Of a stretch of DNA of 54,311 nucleotides, positions 36,572 to 45,370 are shown piece by piece (within the stretch, counting starts at the first letter, position 1; each line of letters starts with the position of its first letter). Location of the stretch: positions 1 through 54,311 of the forward strand of contig JANOBY010000027.1 in the NCBI GenBank assembly GCA_031411935.1, read 5' to 3'. A model generated the notes under the pieces. It saw only the letters and a program-made list of their open reading frames with translations, was not told where the DNA came from and did no database searches. This DNA is from Planctomycetales bacterium (lineage in GTDB: Bacteria > Planctomycetota > Planctomycetia > Isosphaerales > Isosphaeraceae). The position numbers and the translations under genes are program-made.

Positions 36572-37480
36572 ATGCGAGTCGTGAGCCTCCTGCCCTCGCT
36601 GACGGAACTTGTTTGTTCCCTGGGACATGGAGAGAGCCTCGTGGGCGTGACCCACGAGTGCGATTACCCTCCAGGCGTGGAGAGGCTTCCTCATCTCACG
36701 AGGACGAGGATCCCCGCGGGGTCCTCCAGCCTGGAAATCGACACCCTGGTCTCGGCTCAGGGGGGCTCGCTCTACGAACTGGACGGAGAACTCCTCTCCT
36801 CGCTTCGCCCCGACCTGATCCTCACGCAGGCCCAGTGCGATGTCTGCGCGGTCAATGAACAGGCCGTGAGGTCTTGCGCCGCCGCCCTACCCGGTGGCCC
36901 GGCCGTCGAGAGCGTGAACCCGCTCGATTGGCCGGGCGTGGCCGGCATGTTCCGCCGCGTAGCGGAACTGCTGGGAACTCCCGAGCGAGGGGCCCGGCTC
37001 GTGGACGCGGTGCGGGAACTGGGGGAGCAAGTCCAGGCGGCTCGCGGCGGGAAGCCCCCCGTCTCGGTGGCGCTCCTCGAATGGATGGATCCTCCTTATG
37101 TGGCAGGCCACTGGATCCCCGACCTGATCGCGATGGCCGGTGGATCGGACGTCCTGGGCCGGTCGGGTGAGCCTTCGCGACGCTGCACCTGGGCCGAGAT
37201 CGCGCAGGCCGACCCCGAGGTGATCCTGCTTAGCCCGTGCGGGTTCAGCCTCGAACGTTCGGAGACCGAACTGCCCGCGTTGTTTGCCCGTCCCGAGTGG
37301 CAGGGCTTGCGGGCCGTAAGCAGCCGCCGCGTGTTCCTCGTCGATGGGAACGCCTATTTCTCCCGGCCCGGCCCCCGACTTCGCGAGAGCCTCGCCATCG
37401 CCGCGGCCGCTCTCGACCCTGAGGCCTGTCGGCAATTTGCTCCCGGTTGGGGCTGGAAAGATCTCCTCGGGTCCGAATAA
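36572..37480 (+). CDS. BtuF/TroA-like (cluster A) substrate-binding protein without an obvious signal peptide
   Basis: Motifs are MRVVSLLPSLTELVCSLGHGESLVGVTHECDYP...LRPDLILTQ...PEVILLSPCG. The pattern matches cobalamin/siderophore-binding-protein-like domains. Confidence 0.65.
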   Translation: MRVVSLLPSLTELVCSLGHGESLVGVTHECDYPPGVERLPHLTRTRIPAGSSSLEIDTLVSAQGGSLYELDGELLSSLRPDLILTQAQCDVCAVNEQAVRSCAAALPGGPAVESVNPLDWPGVAGMFRRVAELLGTPERGARLVDAVRELGEQVQAARGGKPPVSVALLEWMDPPYVAGHWIPDLIAMAGGSDVLGRSGEPSRRCTWAEIAQADPEVILLSPCGFSLERSETELPALFARPEWQGLRAVSSRRVFLVDGNAYFSRPGPRLRESLAIAAAALDPEACRQFAPGWGWKDLLGSE

Positions 37481-37505
37481 GATCGGAGTCAGGAGATCCG
37501 ACACC

Positions 37506-38186
37506 ATGAGCGAACCGCAAACTCGCCACTTCTGGACCCCGGCAGGCCGGTCCATCGTGTTCCTGCTCGCCGCCACCTCGATCTGGTGCCTGCTTGCGGA
37601 ATTCTACGGCCTCTGCTCGATGAGGACGTTCACACTCTGGATCTCCCTGCCGGCGATGGCCTTGCTGAGCGGGTCGGTGGTTCTGGACCTCGCCCGAGGG
37701 GATCGGGCCCTCGCCCGCAACGTGATCCTGGGCGCGGTGGCCGGACTGGTCGCGGCCGTGGCTTACGACGTCTTCCGACTCCCGTTCGTGTTCGCCAACG
37801 ACCTGGGCATCGCGCACGTGGTCCCGCCTTTGAAGCTGTTCAAGGTGTTCCCGAGGTTCGGGGCGATGATCCTTGGCCAGACGATCGAGCAGCCCTCGTA
37901 CTCCCTGGGTGCCCAGTTGATCGGCTGGACGTACCATTTCTCCAACGGCCTGACCTTCGGCGTGATGTATGCGGCGATGGTGGGCCAGCCCTCGCGGCGG
38001 CACTGGCTCTGGGCGGTGGTCATGGCGGTCGGGCTGGAACTCTGGATGCTCCTGAGCCCGTACCCGAAGACATTCGCCATCCATGTGACCCCCACGTTCA
38101 TCGCCGTGACCCTGGCGGCCCACCTGGTCTTCGGCGTGGTTTTGGGGCTCTGGTATCGGGGCATGCGGCGAACGCCCGTGGTCTGA
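37506..38186 (+). CDS. polytopic membrane protein, unknown family
   Basis: This is track ORF 37344..38186 with the start moved to ATG 37506 (MSEPQTRHFW). It has about 6 hydrophobic helices. Confidence 0.55.
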   Translation: MSEPQTRHFWTPAGRSIVFLLAATSIWCLLAEFYGLCSMRTFTLWISLPAMALLSGSVVLDLARGDRALARNVILGAVAGLVAAVAYDVFRLPFVFANDLGIAHVVPPLKLFKVFPRFGAMILGQTIEQPSYSLGAQLIGWTYHFSNGLTFGVMYAAMVGQPSRRHWLWAVVMAVGLELWMLLSPYPKTFAIHVTPTFIAVTLAAHLVFGVVLGLWYRGMRRTPVV

Positions 38187-38306
38187 GAGTGCGAAAAGCG
38201 GCCCGATGGTCTTGCGTGGTTGACGCGCCCTCGGCATAATTACTCGATGCGCGGCCCCCCGATGGGTCGCTTTTCCGTCTCTTGCGGTTTGTTCGAAAGG
38301 TCTGTC

Positions 38307-38951
38307 ATGGCGGACGCGGTGACAATTTCGGTTGAGGCTCGTGACCCGGCGAAGAACAAGGGGACCGGCTCTCGCGTGTCTCGCAAGCTCCGGGCCCAGG
38401 GGAAGATCCCGGCGATCGTGTACGGCCACAAGCAGGCCAACCAGCCGATCACGATTTCCCGCGATGACGTGTGGCAGATGATCAAGCGGTCGTCCCACCT
38501 GGCCAGGCTCAGCATCAACGGCGTGACCGAGATGGTCCTCGTCCGCGACGTGCAGTGGGACCATCTGGGCAAGGAAATCATCCACCTGGACTTCGCCCGC
38601 GTGTCGGCCGACGAGACGGTCACGACCGAGATCAAGCTCGAACTCCACGGCACCGCCCCCGGCGTTTCCGAGGGGGGCGTCCTCGACTTCCTCGTGCACA
38701 CCCTCGAGGTCACCTGCCTGGCCACGTCGATCCCCGACTCCCTCCGCGTGGAGCTGTCCGACCTGCACCTGGACAAGGCGATCCACGTGAAGGACCTCGT
38801 CCTGCCCCAGGGCGTGACGACCGCGGTCGACCCCGAGCTGACCATCGCGCACGTGACCACCCCGCGGACCAACGTCGAGCCCACCGCGACCGAGGGCGGG
38901 ACCGAGCCCGAGGTGATCGGACGCAAGGCTGAGGACAAGGAGGAGAAGTAA
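38307..38951 (+). CDS. rplY: 50S ribosomal protein L25 / general stress protein Ctc
   Basis: This is track ORF 38220..38951 with the start moved to ATG 38307. Motifs are RKLRAQGKIPAIVYG...VRDVQWDHLGKEIIHLDF. It has an acidic C-terminal tail and lies immediately upstream of pth. Confidence 0.9.
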   Translation: MADAVTISVEARDPAKNKGTGSRVSRKLRAQGKIPAIVYGHKQANQPITISRDDVWQMIKRSSHLARLSINGVTEMVLVRDVQWDHLGKEIIHLDFARVSADETVTTEIKLELHGTAPGVSEGGVLDFLVHTLEVTCLATSIPDSLRVELSDLHLDKAIHVKDLVLPQGVTTAVDPELTIAHVTTPRTNVEPTATEGGTEPEVIGRKAEDKEEK

Positions 38952-38988
38952 CGGCTCGTCCGCATGATGGGCGAGCGGTGAATCGTGT

Positions 38989-39567
38989 ATGATCAGCAAG
39001 CTCGTCGTGGGACTCGGAAACCCCGGTAGCAAGTACGACGGGACCCGGCACAACATCGGCTTCGAGGCCGTCGACCGGCTCGCCGCCAGTACGAGCCAGG
39101 GGGCCAGGTTCTCCCGGAAGTTCGAGGGCCTGCTGGCCGAGGCCGAGATCGACTTCCGCCGAGTCTTGTTGCTCAAGCCCGAAACCTTCATGAATCTCAG
39201 CGGCCGGAGCGTCCGGCAGGCGATCCAGTTTTACAAGCTCGACCCCGAAACTGACCTTTTCGTGATCTGCGACGACCTCAACCTCCCCCTGGGCAAGCTG
39301 CGGATCCGGGCCTCGGGCTCGGACGGCGGCCAGAAAGGGCTCCGCGACATCACCGCGCAGCTCGGATCCGATCGCTACGCCCGCCTCAGGATCGGCCTGG
39401 GGGAGAAAGGTCCGATGGACGCCGCGGATTTCGTCCTGAGTCGTTTCAAGTTTGCCGAACGCCCGATCCTCGACGATTCCCTGATTGCCGTAAGCCAGGC
39501 GGTGGCCGTTTGGGCCAGCCAGGGAGTGGACGCGGCGATGAACCGATTCAATGGCCCCCTGTCCTGA
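38989..39567 (+). CDS. pth: peptidyl-tRNA hydrolase
   Basis: Motifs are KLVVGLGNPGSKYDGTRHNIGF...KPETFMNLSG...DDLNLPLGKLRIRASGSDGGQKGL. Confidence 0.95.
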   Translation: MISKLVVGLGNPGSKYDGTRHNIGFEAVDRLAASTSQGARFSRKFEGLLAEAEIDFRRVLLLKPETFMNLSGRSVRQAIQFYKLDPETDLFVICDDLNLPLGKLRIRASGSDGGQKGLRDITAQLGSDRYARLRIGLGEKGPMDAADFVLSRFKFAERPILDDSLIAVSQAVAVWASQGVDAAMNRFNGPLS

Positions 39568-39677
39568 CCCCGATAATCCTGCGTGAGGTGCGTGCAACGC
39601 ACCCGGATAGATCCCGGATCCCTGCCTGAAGGTGTGTTGCACGCACCCGACACGAACCGTACAGCGGAGAGGCTCCC

Positions 39678-40085
39678 TTGCCCGTCAACACCTACGAAGG
39701 CATGTTCGTCCTGGACAGCTCCAAGGCCGCCGTCAACTGGGACGAGGCCGTCAAGACCGTCCACGACATCCTCGCCAAGCACAACTCCGAGATCGTCGCC
39801 AGCCGCCAGTGGGACGAGCGTCGCCTGGCCTATGCGGTCGATGGCCACAAGAAGGGCACCTACCTTCTGACCTTCTTCCGCACCGAAGGCGCCAACCTGA
39901 AGGAAATCGAGGCCGATTGCCGCCTCAACGAGCTGATCCTTCGCGACCTGATCCTCAAGGTCCACCCCAAGCTCGAGGCCGGGACCGTCAACCAGGCCAT
40001 GACCTCGACCCCCGGCGTGGACGAGGATGAGCCCCGCCGCGAGGAAGAGGACGATCGTCCTCGCCGCCGCCGCCGCGAAGATTGA
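39678..40085 (+). CDS. rpsF: 30S ribosomal protein S6 with an acidic/Arg-rich tail
   Basis: TTG start. Motifs are YEGMFVLDSS...WDERRLAYAVDGHKKGTYLLTFF. Confidence 0.9.
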   Translation: MPVNTYEGMFVLDSSKAAVNWDEAVKTVHDILAKHNSEIVASRQWDERRLAYAVDGHKKGTYLLTFFRTEGANLKEIEADCRLNELILRDLILKVHPKLEAGTVNQAMTSTPGVDEDEPRREEEDDRPRRRRRED

Positions 40086-40251
40086 GACCGAGCCAAGTTC
40101 GACCGGGATCCACCCTGACCCACAGCTTGTTCCTTGTTGTCCCGCCGTCCGTATGATAACTTACGATTAGGGAACAACCGTTTACGTCCGTGACGTCAAG
40201 GGTGGTCTCGAGTGGGAGCGGCGGTTGGCCGCTCCCGGGGAGATTCTGGCG

Positions 40252-40773
40252 ATGGCCGACCTGAATAAAGTCTTCTTGATGGGACGCCTCACGCAGGACC
40301 CGGAGCTGCGCTACACCCCCAGCGGTGCCGCGGTGACCGACCTGCCGATCGCGACCAGCCGCTCCTGGACCGGTAAAGACGGCGAGCGCAAGGAAGAGAC
40401 GCTGTTCATCGACGTGACCGTATGGGACCGGCAGGCGGAAAACTGCTGCCAGTACCTCAAGAAGGGGCGAAGCGTCCACATCGAGGGCTCCTTGAAGATG
40501 GAGTCCTGGGACGACAAGGCCTCCGGCGAGAAGCGCAAGAAGATCAAGGTCCTGGCCGACCGCGTGCAGTTCCTCGATCGCAAGGAGGACGGCCCCGGCG
40601 GAGGCCCCTCCTACTCGGACGACGAGTCGCACGCCCCTCGCGAGGCCCGGCGCCCGTCCCCGCCGTCCAACGGCTCGGGCTCGTCGTCACCCCGATTCAA
40701 CAACTCGGCGCCCCCTCCGCGTCGCCCGGCCCCTGCGCCAGAGCCCGACGCCGACGACGATATCCCGTTCTGA
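40252..40773 (+). CDS. ssb: single-stranded DNA-binding protein
   Basis: This is track ORF 40225..40773 with the start moved to ATG 40252 (MADLNKVFLMGRLTQDPELRYTPSG). It has a Gly/Pro-rich linker and a C-terminal DDDIPF. Confidence 0.9.
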   Translation: MADLNKVFLMGRLTQDPELRYTPSGAAVTDLPIATSRSWTGKDGERKEETLFIDVTVWDRQAENCCQYLKKGRSVHIEGSLKMESWDDKASGEKRKKIKVLADRVQFLDRKEDGPGGGPSYSDDESHAPREARRPSPPSNGSGSSSPRFNNSAPPPRRPAPAPEPDADDDIPF

Positions 40774-40857
40774 TCCTCACACCCTCCGACTGACCTGAAC
40801 TGAACCGGTGCGGACCGCCCGAGAGGCCCTGGTCCGACTGCCTTGGGAGCTGCGATC

Positions 40858-41511
40858 ATGGCCCATGTGAAGATGACCGACAAGAAGCCCGGCAAGGCGA
40901 AAGCCAAGGCCAAGGCTGGCAAGAAGGGCAAGGCCCCTTCGGCGAGCGCCGCCAAGAGCAGCACCGCCGCGGCAACCCTCACGGCCGTGAGGCAGCCCGG
41001 CGTCGAGCGTCGGAGAAACCACCCGATGCGCGCCAAGGACGGCCACATGCAGGTCATCCTGACCCAGAATGTGGCCCACTGCGGCGTGACCGGCGACCTC
41101 GTGAAGGTCAAGCCCGGATTCGCCCGCAACTACCTCCTGCCCCAGGGCATGGCCACCTTCGCGACCCCGCACAACCTGCGGCTCATCGACAAGCACCGCG
41201 AGCGTCTCCGCCAGCTGGAAGAGGCCCGTCGTTCGGATCTGATGAGCCTGGGGGCCCAGATCGCCCAGCGGCAGATCACGATCGAGGCCAACGCCAACGC
41301 CGAAGGCCACCTTTACGGCTCGGTGAACGCCGACCAGATCGCCGCAAGCCTCCGCGCCGAGAAGCTGCCGATCGACGACTCGATGGTCCGGATCGAGGGC
41401 CCGCTCAAGGAGCTCGGCCTGTACACCATCGCGCTGCACCTCGGCCAGGACGTGACCACCGAGTTCAAGCTCTGGGTCGTGCCCACGCACAACCCCGAAG
41501 AGACGAACTGA
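40858..41511 (+). CDS. rplI: 50S ribosomal protein L9 with a possible Lys/Ala-rich N-terminal extension
   Basis: The canonical L9 N-terminus, MQVILTQNVAHCGVTGDLVKVKPGFARNYLLPQG, begins at 41047. The in-frame upstream ATG at 40858, which follows GGGAG, would add 63 aa (MAHVKMTDKKPGKAKAKAKAGKKGKAP...). The start is uncertain. Confidence 0.85.
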   Translation: MAHVKMTDKKPGKAKAKAKAGKKGKAPSASAAKSSTAAATLTAVRQPGVERRRNHPMRAKDGHMQVILTQNVAHCGVTGDLVKVKPGFARNYLLPQGMATFATPHNLRLIDKHRERLRQLEEARRSDLMSLGAQIAQRQITIEANANAEGHLYGSVNADQIAASLRAEKLPIDDSMVRIEGPLKELGLYTIALHLGQDVTTEFKLWVVPTHNPEETN

Positions 41512-41539
41512 GCGATCACGGATCGAGCGATCTCACGTC

Positions 41540-41579
41540 GACCGGGGGTGAAGGCGGCCTGGCCACTTCACCCCCGGTC
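41540..41579 (+). terminator. perfect 14-bp hairpin after rplI (no U-tract)
   Basis: GACCGGGGGTGAAG (41540..41553), a 12-nt loop, then CTTCACCCCCGGTC (41566..41579). Confidence 0.4.
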
Positions 41580-41740
41580 GCGTTGCATTCCCGCTTAGGC
41601 TCACGTCCGTCCCAATCCCACTTCCATTCCGCCCCGGCCCACGATTTTTCTGTTGTGGTGCCGTTCGCGACGTCGATACCATTGTACACGTATCGCGACG
41701 CTGAAAATGGCCGCCCAGGCCGGACGGAGACTCCTCGGCC

Positions 41741-43165
41741 ATGTCCGCTCAGCCCTTCAACCCCGGCAATGGTCAGGATCGTCCGAAGCGAGCCGACATC
41801 GTCCCGTTCCCCGAGGATCGGCTCCCCCCGCAGAACATCGAGGCCGAGCAGAGCGTCCTGGGCGCGATCCTGCTGGACAACGAAGTCCTCCACGATGTGG
41901 TCCCGCTGCTCAAGGTCGAGGACTTCTGGCGGAGCGATCACCAGATCATCTACCGCGCGATTCGTCACCTCTACGACGAAGGCAAGCCGGTCGACACGAC
42001 CATCCTCTACGAGGAACTCACGGTCCGCGGGGAACTCGAACGGATCGGCGGACTCGACACCCTGCGCGAGATCGCGAACCGCGTCCCCCACGCCGCGAAC
42101 GCCAAGTACCATGCCGAGATCGTGCGTCAGAAGGCCATCAGCCGCGAGGTGATCTCGAATTGCCGCGAGGTGATCGAGGCCGGATACTCCAACACGGTCA
42201 CTGCCGACGGATTGCTCGAGGACGCCGAGCGTCGGATCTTCGCGATCGCCGAGGAGAAGGTCACCGGCGAGACCGTGGCCATCACCGACATCCTGTCGCA
42301 GGCCATGGACCGGATCGAGCTCCGGGCGACCGACAAGCACGCGGTGAAGGGGCTGAGCACCGGCTTCTATGAGCTCGACGAGATGACCTGCGGCTTCCAG
42401 GCCGGGCAGCTCGTGATCCTCGCCGCCCGCCCGAGTATGGGAAAGACCGCCTTCGCGCTCAACCTCTGCGAGCACGTGGTCGTCGAGCAGCAGGTGGGGG
42501 CCCTGTTCGTGAGCCTGGAAATGGGCCAACTCGAACTGGCCGAGCGCATGCTCAGCGCCCGTTCCCGTGTCGATAGCCACAAGCTCCGTTCGGGGACCGG
42601 GCTGGGCTACCGCGAGATGAAGCAGCTGGGCGAGGGCTATGACGCCCTGCGAGCCGCCCCCCTGTTCATCGACGACACGCCCTCGCGCAACATGCTCCAG
42701 ATCACGGCCAACGCGCGACGTCTGAAGCTCCGCCAGAACATCGGCCTGATCGTGGTGGATTACATTCAGCTGGTCGATTCGGACGGCGAAGGGCGCGACA
42801 GCCGGCAGGAGCAGATCGCCAAGATCAGCCGCCGCCTGAAGACCCTCGCCCGCGAGCTGAAGCTCCCGGTCGTGGCACTCTCCCAGCTCAATCGAGCGGT
42901 CGAGAACCGCGAGGATCGCCGCCCCCGCATGGCCGACCTTCGCGAGTCGGGGGCCATCGAGCAGGACGCCGACATGGTGCTCCTGCTGCACCGCCCCGAG
43001 TACTACGAGCCCACCGACCAGTCGCTCCAGGGCAAGGCCGAGGTCATCGTGGCCAAGAACCGTAACGGCGCCACGGGCAACGTCGAGATGGCCTTCCTCA
43101 AGAACATCATGAGGTTCGCCAACCTCGCCGCCGTGGCCGACCCGATCGACGGCGGGACGTTCTGA
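41741..43165 (+). CDS. dnaB: replicative DNA helicase
   Basis: Motifs are PPQNIEAEQSVLGAILLDNE, Walker A AARPSMGKTAFALN, SLEM, and DYIQL...RELKLPVVALSQLNR. The 474-aa length leaves no room for an intein. Confidence 0.95.
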   Translation: MSAQPFNPGNGQDRPKRADIVPFPEDRLPPQNIEAEQSVLGAILLDNEVLHDVVPLLKVEDFWRSDHQIIYRAIRHLYDEGKPVDTTILYEELTVRGELERIGGLDTLREIANRVPHAANAKYHAEIVRQKAISREVISNCREVIEAGYSNTVTADGLLEDAERRIFAIAEEKVTGETVAITDILSQAMDRIELRATDKHAVKGLSTGFYELDEMTCGFQAGQLVILAARPSMGKTAFALNLCEHVVVEQQVGALFVSLEMGQLELAERMLSARSRVDSHKLRSGTGLGYREMKQLGEGYDALRAAPLFIDDTPSRNMLQITANARRLKLRQNIGLIVVDYIQLVDSDGEGRDSRQEQIAKISRRLKTLARELKLPVVALSQLNRAVENREDRRPRMADLRESGAIEQDADMVLLLHRPEYYEPTDQSLQGKAEVIVAKNRNGATGNVEMAFLKNIMRFANLAAVADPIDGGTF

Positions 43166-43180
43166 TCCGATCCGATCGGG

Positions 43181-44326
43181 TCAGGCGGTCGCGGGCGCGA
43201 AGCGCCAGTTGTCCGTCCTGACCTCGCTCTGCCCCGAGATCGCCAGCTCGGCAAGCACGCGGCCGATCAGGGGCGAGAATTTGAACCCATGGCCGCTGCA
43301 TGGGCTTGCCACGATCACGTCTTCGCGCCCCGGCAGGAAGTCCACGAGGAAATCTTCGTTGGCGGCGACGGTGTACCGGCAGATCTCCGAGCGCACGAGG
43401 GGAGCGTCGACCAATCCCGGCAGGCATGTCGCGAGAAAGTCGCGGATCTCCTTCACGTAAGCCTCCGGGATCGAGCGATCGTCGGAATCCGGATCCATCT
43501 CGTCCCCACCGTGACGCGCGACCTTCACGCCCAGGCCCGAGATGTCGGGCATCCCGTAGTAGGCGGGGCGATCGTCGGAGCCCTTGAAGATGAACACCGG
43601 GAAGTGTCCAGGGCGATACGATTCCGTGCCCGGAGGGTCCAGGTAGAGGATTTGCTGACGTTCGATCCGGTGGCGAGAAGCCAGCTCCGGGATGAGTCGC
43701 CCGATCCATGGTCCCGCCGCCAGGATCAGGCGATCGGCCGTGATCCGGTGAGATCGGGTGACCACGGTCGGCCGATCGGATTCGACGTCGAGGCCCAGGA
43801 CCTGGCAGTCCGGCCAGATCTCGGTCGGAGCGGGGCCGGGCTGCGTGGCGAGATGGACTTGCATCGCCAAGGCCCTCGCCGCGAGGAGGATCCCCGCGTC
43901 CGGCTCGAACACCGCCTCGTAATCGTCGGGCACGCCGAATCCGGGCGAGGCTGCGTTCCATTCCCTTCCCGTCATCAAACGATGCGGGCAGTCGATGGCC
44001 TCCAGGCTCTTCACGACCTTGCCCACGTAGGGTTCGCCAGGCGGGCCCAGGCTCACGCCTCCGGTCCGCAGGTAGAGGCCCTGTCCGCCCAGCGCCTCGA
44101 GTTCCCTCCACTCGCGGAACGCCTGAGGCATGAGGCTGGCATACGCGAGATCCGAGTAGGAATGCCGGGTGATCCTCGCCTCGCCGTGAGAGCTGCCCCG
44201 GTCATGCCCGATCGCGAATTGTTCGAGCAACAGGGAGGGTTCCCCACGCCGAGCGAGTTGATAGGCCGCCGAGATGCCCATCGCGCCGGCCCCGACGATC
44301 AGATGGCGGACGTGGCGGTGGGTCAT
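43181..44326 (-). CDS. FAD-dependent amine oxidase, monomeric sarcosine / N-methyltryptophan oxidase family
   Basis: This is track ORF 43181..44347; I prefer ATG 44326. The dinucleotide fold is LIVGAGAMGISAAYQLARRG. SPCSGHGFKFSPLIG matches the covalent-FAD Cys motif of MSOX/SolA. Confidence 0.75.
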   Translation of the reverse strand: MTHRHVRHLIVGAGAMGISAAYQLARRGEPSLLLEQFAIGHDRGSSHGEARITRHSYSDLAYASLMPQAFREWRELEALGGQGLYLRTGGVSLGPPGEPYVGKVVKSLEAIDCPHRLMTGREWNAASPGFGVPDDYEAVFEPDAGILLAARALAMQVHLATQPGPAPTEIWPDCQVLGLDVESDRPTVVTRSHRITADRLILAAGPWIGRLIPELASRHRIERQQILYLDPPGTESYRPGHFPVFIFKGSDDRPAYYGMPDISGLGVKVARHGGDEMDPDSDDRSIPEAYVKEIRDFLATCLPGLVDAPLVRSEICRYTVAANEDFLVDFLPGREDVIVASPCSGHGFKFSPLIGRVLAELAISGQSEVRTDNWRFAPATA

Positions 44327-44356
44327 GGAGACGTGTCCCCTGAGCAACTCGCCCGA

Positions 44357-45370
44357 TCAATGGCCCAGGCGATCGAATGTGGAGCGATCATCACGATCGA
44401 ACACGAACCGGGCGGGGAGCCCGACCACGCGGTTGGCCCCCATGGCCAGCAAGGGACGGCGGAATCCGGCGATGGCCTTGGCCGAGACGAGCGCGGTCAC
44501 CCGCCACCCCCCCTGCCCGTCCTCGCCCCGGACCTCCCCGCGTACGACCTGCATGGCCCCCCGGCCGAGCAGGAACTCGACCACATGGGCCGCCGGATCC
44601 ACGCCCGTGGCCGGACCGCCCACGACCTCCAGGTGGAGCAGCCCCTCGGATCCGCGGACCCCGTCGATCGCGTCGAGGAGCAGGGCCAGGGCCCCGGACT
44701 CTCCCTCGGACACGAGGCTAGAAAGGCTCGGCGCGTGGCCGATGAGGCACGACGCCGATTCGAGCACGGTCCCGCCGGCGATCTCGCGCAGGCGATTGTC
44801 CTTCAACGTGATCCCCGAGCTCGTGAGGTCCACGATGATGTCGGCGATGCCCAGGCTCGGGTGGAGCTCCAGGGCCCCGTCGGAGTGGATCAACTGATAG
44901 TGATAGATCCCCCACTTCCGGAAGTAGGCCCTCGTGAGCGAGGGATACTTCGTGGACACCCGGAAGGTCTTGCCCGTGGCCTTGAATTCGGACGTGAGGT
45001 CCACCAGGTCGATCACCTGGGCCACGTCGATCCAGCTCTCGGGCACGGCCACGGCCAGGCGGCACCCGCCATAGCCAAGGTCCTGGATCACCACCCGCGC
45101 GAGGTCGGCCTCGGCGGCCCGCTCCGCAAACACGTCGTAACCGGTCACGCCCAGGTGGCATCGCCCCTCGTGGACCTGCGTGACGATATCCGAGGGCCGC
45201 ATGAAGACCACATGGAACCGCGGCTGGCCGGAGATCGTGGCCTCATACTGGCGGTCGCTGGCGCGACGCACCTTGTAGCCCGCGGTCTTGAGGAGCTCGA
45301 CGATCCCGTCGTAGAGGTGCCCCTTCGAGGGGATCGCCAGGCGGATCGGGTCGATGGCTGGAAAGCTCAT
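44357..45370 (-). CDS. hisG: ATP phosphoribosyltransferase, long form (with a HisG_C-like regulatory domain)
   Basis: This is track ORF 44357..46309 with the start moved to ATG 45370 (MSFPAIDPIRLAIPSKGHLYD). The core motif is DIIVDLTSSGITLKDNRL. The C-terminal region of about 125 aa (...WRVTALVSAKAIAGFRRPLLAMGANRVVGLPARFVF) resembles HisG_C. Confidence 0.85.
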   Translation of the reverse strand: MSFPAIDPIRLAIPSKGHLYDGIVELLKTAGYKVRRASDRQYEATISGQPRFHVVFMRPSDIVTQVHEGRCHLGVTGYDVFAERAAEADLARVVIQDLGYGGCRLAVAVPESWIDVAQVIDLVDLTSEFKATGKTFRVSTKYPSLTRAYFRKWGIYHYQLIHSDGALELHPSLGIADIIVDLTSSGITLKDNRLREIAGGTVLESASCLIGHAPSLSSLVSEGESGALALLLDAIDGVRGSEGLLHLEVVGGPATGVDPAAHVVEFLLGRGAMQVVRGEVRGEDGQGGWRVTALVSAKAIAGFRRPLLAMGANRVVGLPARFVFDRDDRSTFDRLGH

